A stretch of 64,000 bases of DNA from Asterias rubens (taxonomy: Eukaryota). Positions within the stretch are counted from its first letter, which is position 1; each line of letters starts with the position of its first letter. Positions 11,100 through 25,200 of the stretch are shown here, piece by piece. The translations under genes were made by a program, and so were the position numbers. The stretch is from the NCBI RefSeq assembly GCF_902459465.1, contig NC_047074.1:12400001-12464000 (forward strand). Direction: 5' to 3'. Below the pieces are notes generated by a model that saw only the letters and a list, made by a program, of their open reading frames with translations, was not told the origin of the DNA and did no database searches.

Positions 11100-14000
11100 T
11101 GACAACACTGTCATATGAATGTATGAAAAAACTATAGAGCTTTATTGAGATTTTGTTATGCAAGATTATGCTATGTGGTAATTGCAACTTTTGGATGACA
11201 ATTTGAAGCTGTGATGGATGAACAATTTAACTTCATTTTGTGAAAGAAAGTTGTCATAGATTCTGCCATAATAAAGTAATTTAGGAAAGTCTGAAGCTTT
11301 TTGCTAGACCAGTATACAATTTGTCGTTATTAAAATGCTACAATAGGCTTCTGTGGTCATCAAGGCCCACAATAAAAATAACAAAGAGAAGCGGTTTTAT
11401 TGTTTTAAAATACAAGTCACAGAAAATAATTATAAAGTTTATACAGGCCTTCAATTCATTTAAATGTCATGCGAATTGGTACACAAAGGCTTGTTCTACA
11501 ATTATCTATTTGAAACGAACATAGTTCTGAAAACATATAGATTCAGAAAATTTTAATGTGGCTGCTGAAACCATGGAGGTATAGAATACCCCCATGCTGA
11601 AACCTTGTACTTCATCACACGAAATCCAACCCGAATTTTTGAATAGCGCCCTCTGTTGACTAATAATGGAAAGTGCATTAACTGGTTACCAACATTCACC
11701 CGACATAATGAATAAAATGCACAGAGCACCAGCCAAATCACATTGGGTGGTCTTTCCAAAACAAGTTAGTTGTTGATGAGGAAACCTACCACGTGCAGTC
11801 GATGCAATTTAAATACCAACATAAACAAATAGTTTATTTGATAAACATCAGTGTTTTTAATCATTTGTGAAGAAATTGCTCACGTCAGAAATTAATGAAT
11901 AAAAAGGGTATCTAAAATGTGTTTTCTGAGTAGTTTATTGAAAGAGGGTCCAAGAAAAGTTTCAACCAATGGACCACCCACGTGAAAGTTCAGTAAATGG
12001 CTAGGGAATTAGAAATGCCATTGGAATGTGTGTATGTTCTGGTTGAGCCATAGACATAGAGTTTGTACATGTTTGTGTTGGGCAGAGATTTTGTTTATAA
12101 TTTTGACATTTCTACGGCATTGTCGTTGAGTTTGTTTAAAGAGGAATTTCTATACTGATACCATGTGTTCGTTATGGAGAGTTTAGCCAAGTAAACGACT
12201 GGTAAACTAGTGTTATATCGATGGGAAACGTTGGTGAAGCAACTCGAGTTCAAAAAAGATGGTGAGTAGCCATTTTGTTTTAAAATCTTGTCTAGCCTCT
12301 GACTTCGAGTTCGACCTTCGAAGAAGGGCTTACTCCTCCATGCTACTACCATGGAGGAAAACTACAACTACTACTATAGTCATGCTAGTATAGTATCATA
12401 GGTCCACTCACTTATTTCTCAATAGTTATGTGGACACATTTCATGCACTTTGGGGAAACCGGTCTCGAAATTGAACATTCGTATTTCATGCAAGAGCATA
12501 GATTGCTCGCCGGCTGGCCTGTATGATTGACATCGAGAGCAAAGCTCCAAGATGCATGATTGAACCGAATGTTCAACTTATAACCAGAAGTGTGTGGGCT
12601 GTTCAGTGTTGTTTAAGTCTAGGCGCTCCCTACTTCCTTGAAAGGTAACATTAATATCTGGGCCAATTTCATCAAGCTGTTATTATTAATGTTGGTTATT
12701 AATTTTTAAAGGCTTTAACTTAAGCAGAAAACATTGCTATGAAAATTTATGTCAAACATAAAACACTAGTGCGTGGATAAAAAAACATGCACAATAAAGA
12801 CTTTACAAAAAATATATAAAAAACAAAACAAATGATAAACATAAAATTACTCATAATGTTTACATACAAACAAGCAGAAAATACCACATCACAGTAAAAC
12901 ATTATTATAAACTACTCTATCTAGGATTTACAAAACTAAAAGACCACATGACAACGAATGCTCAAAGATCATTTATTTGCTATAAATTATAATAATAAAT
13001 TGTTTACAGGAAAAATTATATACTGCCACCACGCAGTAAAAGTTACTGTCTATCTTTTACCATGGTTTTTTGATAGTTGTGATGTCCATGATGGTAGTTT
13101 GTTTGGTACAATAAAACATTATTGCTCCGTTTTATGAAAGTTTTTGTCTGTTACAGTATTTAATAATCCCGAATTGGATTTTTTTAAAATGTGTCCTCCG
13201 AGCTCATTATATATTCATAGCGGCGACGGTCATGAATATTTGTGTAAGGGGGGCAATAATGTTGTACACGTATGGCAAGACAACATCCTGAAATTTAATG
13301 TCATATTGGTTTGTGTGCTCTATTGAGAATAATATTGTTTTAAACGTTGACCTTTGTAACACCATTGACCTTCACATCGGGTCAGGCTGAAGTATCAAAA
13401 CAGCTGGAATTGGGTTCCCCTGCATGCTGTGGGACATTCTGCCATATCTATGGCAAAGTTCAGTAATTTTTTCTTCAATACTTAATTTATCAGGATAAAC
13501 AAATATACATTCCTTGAATAGAAAATGTAAGTTCAGTAATTTATTTTGTCATCAATACTTTGCTTATTCTGGATAAACATTGAATAGAAAACTTGTTTTA
13601 TGTTCAGAAGTTTGCCTTCCAGCCTTGAGGAAGGAAAATAGACAGTTAATAGACCAGCCAGGTTCTTATAGTCAAGATTACACATGATGTGACAAAATAA
13701 AAGTCATTCTTTTCCTGGACCTCGGGCCTGGAATACAAAGGACACAGATGCCTCTGCCCATCATGGTCTTGGTGCCAGCTGCCCCTTCAAAAGTGTCAAC
13801 AGTTTTTACAATGGAGTATGTGCCCATTATTGAAAACGGTCGTTCCCTCTCAAACAAAGATTAAGTTGAACCAGGCCTGACAAACATCTTGAATTCACAA
13901 TTTATTTCTTACACTTCTGTTACTCATCTCAATAGTGGGTCAGATAACAAACAATTACAATAAATACATTATTTGTATATTAAGATACTCCGATTTCCTA

Positions 14001-15539
14001 AGTTTGTCCACACGTGTGAAACGCACAGTGTAAGCTTAAAACGTCATCATACTTAAAAGAATGATGACATTTAAAAAAAAAAGAAAAAAATCAGAAAAAT
14101 AAGATTTTCTCCACCCCTATGTGAATGAACTAAAGGTGCTTGCAAGGGGTTGGCATTCCATATGAGGTAACTATATATAAGGGGCCTTGGAGGGGGCGGG
14201 GATGGCAGGTGTGGCCCATAGGGCCCGATCTGCTAAGCAGTACTATTCAGTGTTTTGGGATTTTTTTTGTTACAGGCTTTATGAAATTGGGACCAGGGTT
14301 TATTTGAACCACAATACATGTGATCATCACTCCTCACACCAAAAGCCCATGCCCCATGCTCCAATGAATAATCTTTAGCAAATAGCTATCTATATACATG
14401 GAGCGCACTGCTACGAATTACAATACAAACAAAGGAGCTGGGCTATAGACTGATCCATGCTGAATGAGAAAGTTGTAGGACTGGCATCATCATCCCAGCT
14501 ATAATAGACCTTCTTAACTCCTCCCAAACACCCTAAGGCTGTACTGAGTTGTTTTACAATAGAGAAATAGCTAGAAGATCATTCATAGCTGTAACCATGG
14601 AGGAAAAGTTACGTTATCAAACATTACTTTAAGAAGGATTTGATTAATCTTTGCATGGTGTTTTTTTTTTTGTTTTTTTTGTTTTTTACGCCAAGGCCTT
14701 GTGTTACACCATGTAATGATAATCTCTAATGAGTTGGGGTGGGACTGCTGAAAAGGAACCATTGGTTTTCACTCCACGTTTCGATCTACAACAAAATAAT
14801 AGTCACTTTCGAAGGCTACGTAAAAAATGAAATTCAAGCTATTTCTGAAGAAGAAAAAAAAAAGGAAAAAAAATACTCATTAATACTGTATACTTGCGCT
14901 GCAGCAGCCAACTGAACAAAAATTGGTGTCCATGATCGTTGACAAAAATATGTCAAGATATAAGCAAAATGCATTGTCATTTGGGGTTAATTTTTTTTTA
15001 TAAAATAATAACCACTAAACTGAATAGATAGCGCAGTTTGCATCGAGCATGTTCTGGGGGTCGTTGGTTCTAAATTGCTCTAATAATTTTTTCATTTAAA
15101 AAAAATAATGGGCCGGGGTGGGGACCGTAAACTATGTATTTTATTTGGCCATATTCACGTGGGTTTTATTTATTCTTTATCAGTAGGCCCCAACAATATT
15201 GCCCCAGTATTACAAACATTTTAAACTTTACAGTTCCATCTGAAAATTGATTAAATAATAAATATTTCCTGGAAAAAAAGAAAACAGAAATAAAAATCAG
15301 CTCTCGATGAACATTCTACCCACAAAATATATCACTAGATAGATTTGTCTTGCTCTTTGTAAAGAAAAACATTGAAGACTGTGCAGTGCCGAATGTGCAT
15401 GGGAAACGAACTTTTCAAAGCTCGTCTTTTTATGTTTGCAGCCCATTTATCAAAAAACTGCACACCAAATTGTCCCAAAGTGTGAGTGGACAAACCTGTG
15501 TCGACATTTTCACCAATGACAGCCTAATTTTCCTTTTAA

Positions 15540-15918
15540 AGGCAGTGGACACTATTTGGTAATTACTCAAAATAATTGTTGGCATAAAACCTTTCTTGGT
15601 GACGAGTAATGGGGAGAGGTTGATGGTATAAAACATTGTGAGTCACGGCTTCCTCTAAAGTGCCATAGTTTTCGAGAAAGAAGTAATTTTCAACGAATTT
15701 GATTTCGAGACCTCAAGTTTAGAACTTGAGGTCTCGAAATCAACCATCTAAACGCACACAACTTCGTGTTGCAAGGGTTGTTTTTCTTTCATTATTATCT
15801 CGCAACTTCGATGACCGATTGAGCTCAAATTTTCACAGATTTGTCATTTTATGCATATGTTGAGATACAACAACTGTGCAGGCTAGTCTTTGACAATTAC
15901 CAATAGTGTCCACTGGCT
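15540..15918 (+). mobile_element. Kolobok-like MITE family A
   Basis: TTAA at both ends (15536-39, 15919-22), TIRs as above. Confidence 0.85.
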
Positions 15919-16709
15919 TTAATCGAATATGGAACACTTAATAAATCATGAGAATTTATGGTTTCTGAAGATGAGGTGTTCAAGTTTTGGTGTTTCTTAA
16001 CTTTCTTAAACTATTCTTTAATAGATGTTTTCTAAAATAAACGTTTCTTTAAAAAAAAATTCTTTCTGTACACATCTTGTCATCACTTTAAAGTTGGGGA
16101 AAAAAGTTTAATGGTTGTAACAGTTGTTTTTTGTGATAGGCAAGATTATATCTCAACATTAGTCATTTTAATGTAGAAAGGTTTGCGATATTCCATTGAC
16201 TATCTCTAATTAGTGTTGTCCCGTCCTTCATGAAAAAAAATGGATACAAATATATATTGCCAGTCGATCCCGAAAGTTTTAAGCTTTCATGGTGGTCATT
16301 TTTTTTTTTTGGGGGGGGGGTGTATCATCGTGGACAAAATTTCAGAAGCTTCTCTCCGGCTTTGGTTAAAATAAAGGATTGATAATGTTTATGTGGACAA
16401 GAAGTAATGTGTTCTTTATACCGAAGGACGTAAGAAAAAGTAGAGAATCACTTTAAAATATTAAACTTTTTTCTTCCAAGTAGTATAGTGATTAAATTTG
16501 GTCGTTATTTCAAATGTTGTCATTGAAGTTGAATGCATGGGATACACAGTGTGTAAATAGATGGTATAGTGGTACGTACACATGACATTACACATGGTGT
16601 ATTGTATACGGATGTACGTGTACGTCGGCAACAAAGGACTTTCGGCTTTGCGCCTCCCAAAGATGTGCACACGGCACTACCTCATTATCTATTTCGCTCC
16701 ACCTAGTAG

Positions 16710-17117
<408 letters not shown>

Positions 17118-17149
17118 GCTGTGAAGCTTCAAGCTTCTTAAAACCAACC

Positions 17150-17186
17150 GGCTCTTTTCAGAGCCACCACATCTTCAAAAAAGAGA
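17150..17186 (+). terminator. Histone 3' processing signal (stem-loop plus HDE); same signal after all six histone genes
   Basis: GGCTCTTTTCAGAGCC-ACCA followed about 10 nt later by CAAAAAAGAGA; also at 19502, 26971(-), 28166, 30070(-), 31327. Confidence 0.95.
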
Positions 17187-18861
17187 TCAATACCTTGTTC
17201 TGTTTTTATATAAATGAAAATAAATAATAAAGTTTAAAATTTATACAACGATTTATAAGACTACTACTGGCTTTTAATATTTATTTAGTACACCAGTATT
17301 TACCTATGCAATTTATATTTTTAAATTCAATGAACTGTAGTACCCCTGGCTGGGTACATTCATGGTTATAATATTATGGAAACCATAATAATTATTTAGT
17401 AGAATAATTTGTTAAAACTTGGTAATTACCGTAAACAAATTGACTGTCCAAAAACAAAAAAAGGAGGCAGAACTGGGAGAGTCGTGATTCGCAACGCACA
17501 TGCTTTTTGCCCTTGCTTGCAAGGGAAGAAGTTACAGTGTCGGTATGTGTCACGTAGTACCCGAGTGTGTAAACATCCCCCCATGTACATGTATGTACAG
17601 TACATTGTACATGTACCCAAGAAGGTACTGTTCATTTGTACACGTGTATATAATACAGTCTGCTCGCCAAATTACCACAAGAAGAGGGCAAAAAAGAAAA
17701 AGTGTAATATTGAGATTGGGACTTCAGAATCAATCATACTCTTTTATAGTGAGTGGTGACGTAGGATTGAAATACGACATTTGGGGTAACACCATGACTA
17801 TCTCTAATGAGTTGTGCATGGAGGTATTTCTACCTCCATGGTTAGGGGGGGGGGGGGGTTCTGAAAAGAACCGTTGTAACTCGACGTTTCGATCAGTATG
17901 CTTCCGATCATCTTCTGAACTATTTTTATTGGGATGTGTTACATGTTCAAAGTAGTGGTCGACGAAATAGTTCACAAAAAAGGCAAATATTGAAATGTCC
18001 GCTAAGTGGACATTTTCAACATTTGCCTTTTTTTACTTGTTTAGAAAGAAACAGTAAACCCTTCTGCAATCATCTGTTACCTGACTTTGTTGACAGATTA
18101 AATTCATTTCAAACTCTATAAATGTCTTTCATTAGGTAAATTACATAGTTAAAAGATCATATAGATGAAAACAATTCATCGTTGGAAATTGATTAAAAAA
18201 ACCAACGTCGACTCGAACCTATATTTTCTTGGAGTAGGAACGTTCCGCTAGTCGGATTTACACATGAATCAAAATGTTGTCACAGTCACTTGCAGTTTTA
18301 TTTGTAAACAATGAAGACACGACTTGTGTGTTCTGTGTAAAACGAAGTATGTTAATTTAAAAACAGGATAGGGATAAAGAATAATTCATTTTGGTTCTAA
18401 AACGATGTGTGTCTTCACTGTATACTCAGTAATGTATTTATTTTATTTATTTATTTTAATTCTTCGGACAAAAGCCTACAAACAAACATTATAAAAATAA
18501 GCAGAGGCCGTCCAGGGGATCAAAAGCAAAATTAAAATGTCATCAAAAAAGATGTGCCCTCCCATACCTTACTCGTAAAAAGGGTAAAAATATATGCTAA
18601 AAGTATATACTATACATAACACAGATATCTAAAAATTCCCTGAGTTCTGCGAACAAAATCAGAGGCATTCCATTAGGACTAAATAATGGCAATAGTTTTT
18701 CAAGTAAATTAAATTATGCCAATGCAAATGTACAAAACCGATATTATTATTTTCCCGCAAGAAGAACCAACCTGCATTCGTTCAGTACATGTGCAACATC
18801 ACAGCCCAAAACGTGTACAAACCTATGGGCACACATACAGCGGGAAGGTTTCACGTCCCAA

Positions 18862-19471
<610 letters not shown>

Positions 19472-20500
19472 GAAGGGACTTCCCAAATCCCCAAAACCAC
19501 CGGCTCTTTTCAGAGCCACACAAAGTCAAAAAAGAGAATGATACCAATGTCTGATTTGTAGGATTAAATAATGAAACTAATTCAATGATTTTTAGTACCG
19601 AATATAATTAAAAGTTTAAATAAATAATGTTTATAAATAATCAACCTTTTCCAACTGCCTTGGTTATTTTTCTCAGATTATGCAAATACAGACCTCTCAT
19701 TTAGACAATTATTCTTGAATAACGGATCTGGGAGGGTTTGCATGTATTTGTATGAACATGTTTTGGGGGTAGTTTCAGTTCATTTACCATGAATTTGTTG
19801 TGTTCAATAAAAGTATTCAATCTGTGGTAAAAGTACATGTAGTGCCTACATGGTATGACTCGAGTCTAAAAGTGTACATGATGTAGGTCAGCCCTTATAA
19901 GTTATACTGTATAGAGAAATTATAAGTTTTTAAAATGCTATTTGGAATAATACAACCTAGCATTTTAACCTCTTCTAGCTGTCGGAATTATTTCTCTCTG
20001 ATGAATCTGAATATTAAACAAGAAGCTAGTTCAAGAAATAGAGACAATTAAATTCTAAAAACATTTCAGTTGTGGAACAGATTTGGGAAGGGGTTTGCTT
20101 GACTTTTATAAAAATGTTTTGGGGTTGCAGTCTTTGTTGGGCTTGTGTTCACATTAATAATATTAATTATCCACAGTCTGCGGACATTGTGTTTTGCGCT
20201 CTCTTGTGCCCTACAAGACAAACATGACATCTTTTCTACAATGTACATGATGTAACTCAGCCCCTTGTATTGTACTTTTCCTTACTCTTTTCTTGATAGA
20301 CCTGTGGACAAGTTGTTAAATTTCTGTTTGCCCTCTAACAACGGCTCTCTAAAAACTATCTTGCATAAAACCCTTTTTTTTCGCACCAGACTACTGCTTT
20401 CACCACTACGGACCAATGAGGGAGGGCAGGGTACATGTACAAGTACATGTCATTTTCTTTCGCCTGAAGTTTGTTGTGTTGGAAAAAATGGGTTCAAATC

Positions 20501-20726
20501 AATAGACCCTTCCCATGAAATATGTAAATTGCACGTAGCGCGTGCGCACTAACGTTTTGGTTTGCTAAATGAGGGAACATCGCGCTGTTTTGTACACGGC
20601 TAATGGGTGCGTGACGCAGACGCGATTGCGCGTCTGCTTAGTGCACAACTCTATGGCGTTTGCCAACCAACAGGGTCTGTACGCATGCATGAATGTAATT
20701 AGCATATTTCATGGGAAGGGTCCATT
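20501..20726. mobile_element. MITE with ATAGACCCTTCCCATG TIRs; relative at about 50470-50661
   Basis: Inverted termini; internal sequence recurs reversed near 50.5 kb. Confidence 0.65.
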
Positions 20727-21914
20727 GCCATCCGTACCAGTAAAAAAAGAGTAGAGCTGTTTTGTCATGTACATGTAGTGTACATGTAAATCTACATGTA
20801 AACACCCCCCCCCCCCAAACGTATAAGACCTGCTGGGTACATGTATACATAAATACCTCTGCAATCTGCACCTTTGCAGCAGCCGATTAAAAAAACTTAA
20901 CAACATAGCGCAAGTTTGCGCACTAGTTGTGAAAAAAACTGAAGACCGTTGTCAACTTGTTCGCAAAAGGATACTTTTTGCATTCCTTGTTTTTATTTAG
21001 CCAAGATACTACACTGGTCCATGGAGGTAGAATTAGTTTACATTTTGTTTCATATTACTACAGTGCATAAAAACAAGAATTATGCTCATTGCAAATTCCA
21101 TAACTAAACTGTGGGTACACACGAAGACCAATTCCGTGGCATTTCCGGGCAGGCAATACACGTCATAGACGTCAGTGGTCATATGAAACATTTTACATTT
21201 TGTATCATAGTTAGTTCATAAAAACAGAAATATGCCTTTAAAGTTTGGTTTTACCCACATACACTGGTGTGTGATGTGATAGCACTGTATACTCGATACT
21301 TTCCCAAGCTCCAAAAAAATAGAGTTCTTTTTCTTCAAATAGACCGTATACAAAATAATGTCTGTAAAAATTCTAGGCTATGTGGATCTTGTATTTGTCA
21401 GACCCATGCTCCGAATAAAGCTCCGATAAATATTCTCTCAACAGATAGTGAATGTACCTTTAAAAAACAACTGTAAGGTTTTCTTTTGACGCGTGAAGTT
21501 CTTGTCCCTATGCGCCTTGAGTTTAAGACTTAAGCATTTTAAACGAGTCAAGTTCAGGCATTATAGTTTTGCTCTCCAGATTCCATTATTTTTACGCAGT
21601 TGTTGAATAGTTTAAAGCAGTTTTAGTCATTTTATTGCAACAATATGGTAGAACTACCTACAAAGTATGTATAATCTCGTGGCAACTTTTGCCAGATAAG
21701 TATTGACACCAGTATCACACGCACTAATGTCTGCCACACTCGCCATTTTGGTAGTCAATGGTAGGCATGTAAACTCTGCATCGCCTAAATGAGCACTACA
21801 CTTTAATAATATTTTTTTGTAATTTTTAAGTATTTTTTAGTACTATAATAACATATGGGGACATCTAATCAAAAAATGGCGCAACTAAAAATTTTATGAG
21901 GATGACATAAAAAA

Positions 21915-22070
21915 TACGCCTCTCTTAATATTTATGCATGACGTCAAATTTCTTACCCAAAATGAGGTTATGGGCGCACGTCCACCACCACTTGCAGTGG
22001 CTGCGCCTATGGCCTCGTTTCGGGTAAGCATTGTGACGTACCTCATGCATAATAATTAAGAGAGGCGTAT
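21915..22070. repeat. Inverted-repeat element upstream of the GPR161 5' exon
   Basis: ATACGCCTCTCTTAAT...ATTAAGAGAGGCGTAT. Confidence 0.65.
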
Positions 22071-22268
22071 AAGTCAATAAGGCGTGCTGTAAAAACTCTG
22101 TAAAATAGATATATAGTGAACAATAACATTTTCCTCTTTTTACTCTTTTCAGGTGCCAGCATAACTAGATTTCAGAGTGATGGATAAATCAGCAAGATGA
22201 GCAGTTGAAATCTATTAGCAATCCATATTGGTGTTAATAAACCCCGAAACAGTGCTCGCCAACTCACC

Positions 22269-25200
22269 ATGGCATCCAACATGGATCACCATACCAATAG
22301 CTCTACCTCCTTGGATGAGCCAGACAACCAAGACATAGCAACCACTGTCGTCCAGGCAACCACTCTCAGTCTCATCTTCCTAATCGTCTGCTTCCTTAAC
22401 TTTCTCGTCACGTTCACATTCTATAAGAAGGCTTACCTTATGACGCCGAGCAACAGGTTCGTCTTCAGTCTGACGCTGTCTAATTTTGTCGGTGGCGTTG
22501 TGGTTCTTCCGTTTAACCTGATCAGCTGCTTGTGTCACGAGTGGATCTTTGGGGTTATGTGGTGCAATCTGACAGGGTTCGTCACGGTGTCTGTCACGGC
22601 TGGTAGCCTCCTCACCTTGACCATAATCACTGTTGACAGGTAAGATTAGAGCTTTATTAGTTTGATTTGGGGTTGAACAAAGAATCAATTTATAGAGTGG
22701 GACTCGAACCAATGACCTACGGAAAAATTCACTCGCTGAATTGTTTGGATTTGAACCAACAATCCTTGCAGTCAAGACCCGAGTCAAATTTTGTAGAGCT
22801 ACTTTAGCAGCAATATTACCATATTATGGAACATGTGACATGGTAATATTGCTGCTAAGGTAGCTTAACTTGTATCCTACTATTATTGCTTTTTAGCAGA
22901 AAATTGTCCAGCAATATTTTTGGCTTAAGTAACTTCTTGTGAGTGCTTCGTGTTCGTACAAAGCAAATTTGACATCACAGCTCTGTATTTGCTGCGAATG
23001 TTTCACAAGAGTAAAGCACAGCTCACAGCTTTAGTTTTTCATTTGGGGACTTCTCATTTGGTCCAGACAGTTTACCCACAAACAGATGATGTTACCGAGA
23101 GTTTTGAGAGACATTTGAGCTGCAAAACAATTATGTTGACAAAATGTTCTGACATAGAAGTGGTGACTGGGCTTATAAAAATTGAATTGTTTAATTATTT
23201 TTCAAATCCAAGACTTTTCAGATACACAAAATAGCCTCAGTGTCAACAAATCTGAAGTGTGTTTGAAGGGGCGGGGGGGGGGGGCGGTGCCTAAGTCATT
23301 GTTAGCAGTGACACATACTGCATAAAGTAGAGTGTTTTATTTTATTTTATTCTATACCATGAAGTGTTTTTGCAGTGTCAACAAATCTGTGTACATGTAA
23401 TGTGTGCGTGGGGTGCCCAAAGTAGTGAACAGTGACACATACTTCTGAAAGTACAATGTATTTTTTAACTTTAGTCTATGCCATGAAGTGTGTTTTAATA
23501 CTTTTATTCTTTTTCTTTACAGATATTTCGCAATATCACAGCCGATGATGTACCCAATAAAAGTGACATGCACAAGGACTGTAGAGTTAATCGTTCTCGT
23601 GTGGATTCTTGCCCTAGTATGTAGTCTTCCTCCGGTCTTCGGTTGGTCTCAGTATCGCTACAACCAATCAAGATCCAGTTGCTTCATCAACTGGAGTCAT
23701 CACCCATCTTACGCAGTTTTCTTCTCAGTTGCTTACGTCTGCACCCCGCTACTAATCATGTCTTGGTGCTATGTGAAGATTTTACAAGTAGCCCATGTGC
23801 ACAAGAGGAGAGTAAGTAATGGGAGTGTCGTTGCCACGGGAACCCTTCGGAATCGCAGAGGCTCTCGTCGGACTTCTCTACTGGTGAATATACGAATGAG
23901 TTCGCCTTTTAAGGCGATGAGAACTGTTGTGCTAACGATGGGAGCTTTTTGTATAATATGGGGACCAGTGACAGTGGAACTTCTGTACGAGGCATTTAAC
24001 GGCATTCTTAATATACCTCACTGGGTGTTGACCTCCGTGACCTCTCTGTGGTACGCAAGTTTTATCATGCACCCTCTTGTGTATGCCGTTTGGAACAGGA
24101 GTATTCGAAGGGAGCTTCTCTCTTGGTTTTGTTCTCGAGGACGATGGCTGGATGATGAGATGCCGTTATTTGCTCCGAGGAATAAAGAGACGCGGGCCGT
24201 GAGCATAAGTGGGAGTATTGGAGATCTTAGTTTTGCAACATCAGTACAGAATAAAGCATCTTCTTTGGGTGTCACTACTGGTGCAACTCTTCCATACAAC
24301 TCAAGCAACGACTCAGGTAAGTTTGTTTTAAACCGAGGGTCGGATTTGAGTTATCTCTTCAGACTCATCTTTTTAAGAGTGTGGATCGGAAATTATCAAG
24401 AAAGAAATTGTATTACTTTCAAAATAAGTTTTGATCAATTGCAAAAAAATTCATAAATTTCAATTGCTGCAATGGAGGTAAACCCGATATGAACAGGGGC
24501 AAAATCAAAAGCTAAGCACAACAAAATTATGCTTGGCATAATAAAGTTAAACCAACCATACCATTTCACATATTATTTGTTACTAGAGTGCTCATTTTTT
24601 CTCATTAGGAAATTGTTAAGCAATATTTTGGGGTCATGGATGATCCCTGAAAAACCATTTTGTGCTCACAGCATGTTCATAGGTTTTGATATTATTATTG
24701 AATGTGTCTATGCTTTCAAAATACAATGCATGCAAATGATTGACTGCAAGCCCACCCCCCCCCCCCCACCCCAACCGCAATATCATACACATCATATTGT
24801 ACACACGTCACAATTTTTAGAGGGACTTCTTTACACAAGGTATAATCTTGGTATACAGGTATTCCTTCATCTCCCTTTAAAAGCAATGGACACTATTGGT
24901 AATTACTCAAAATAATGATTAGCACAAAACCTTACTTGGTAACGAGTAATGGGGAGAGGTTGGTAGTATAAAACATTGTGAGAAACAGAAGTAACGTAGT
25001 TTTCGAGAAAGAAGTAATTTTCCACAAATTTGGTTTCGAGACCTCAGATTTAGAACTTGAGGTCTCGAAATCAACCATCTGAAAAGCACACAACTTTGTG
25101 TGACAAGGGTGTATTTTCTTTCATTATTATCTCGCAACCTCGACGACCGATTGAGCTCCAATTTTCACAGGTTTGTTTTTTTATGTATATAATGAGATAC

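Noticed and set aside
13100-14570. Short acceptor-led open frames on the minus strand between MARS2 and H4
   Set aside because: No recognisable homology and no consistent exon chain.
17215-17230. AATAAA downstream of histone stem-loops suggesting polyadenylated isoforms
   Set aside because: Flanks are very AT-rich, so chance occurrence is likely; needs 3'-end data.
23488-24456. 322-aa ORF as a single-exon GPCR
   Set aside because: Lacks TM1-3; both ends are intron read-through past splice sites at 23523 and 24316.
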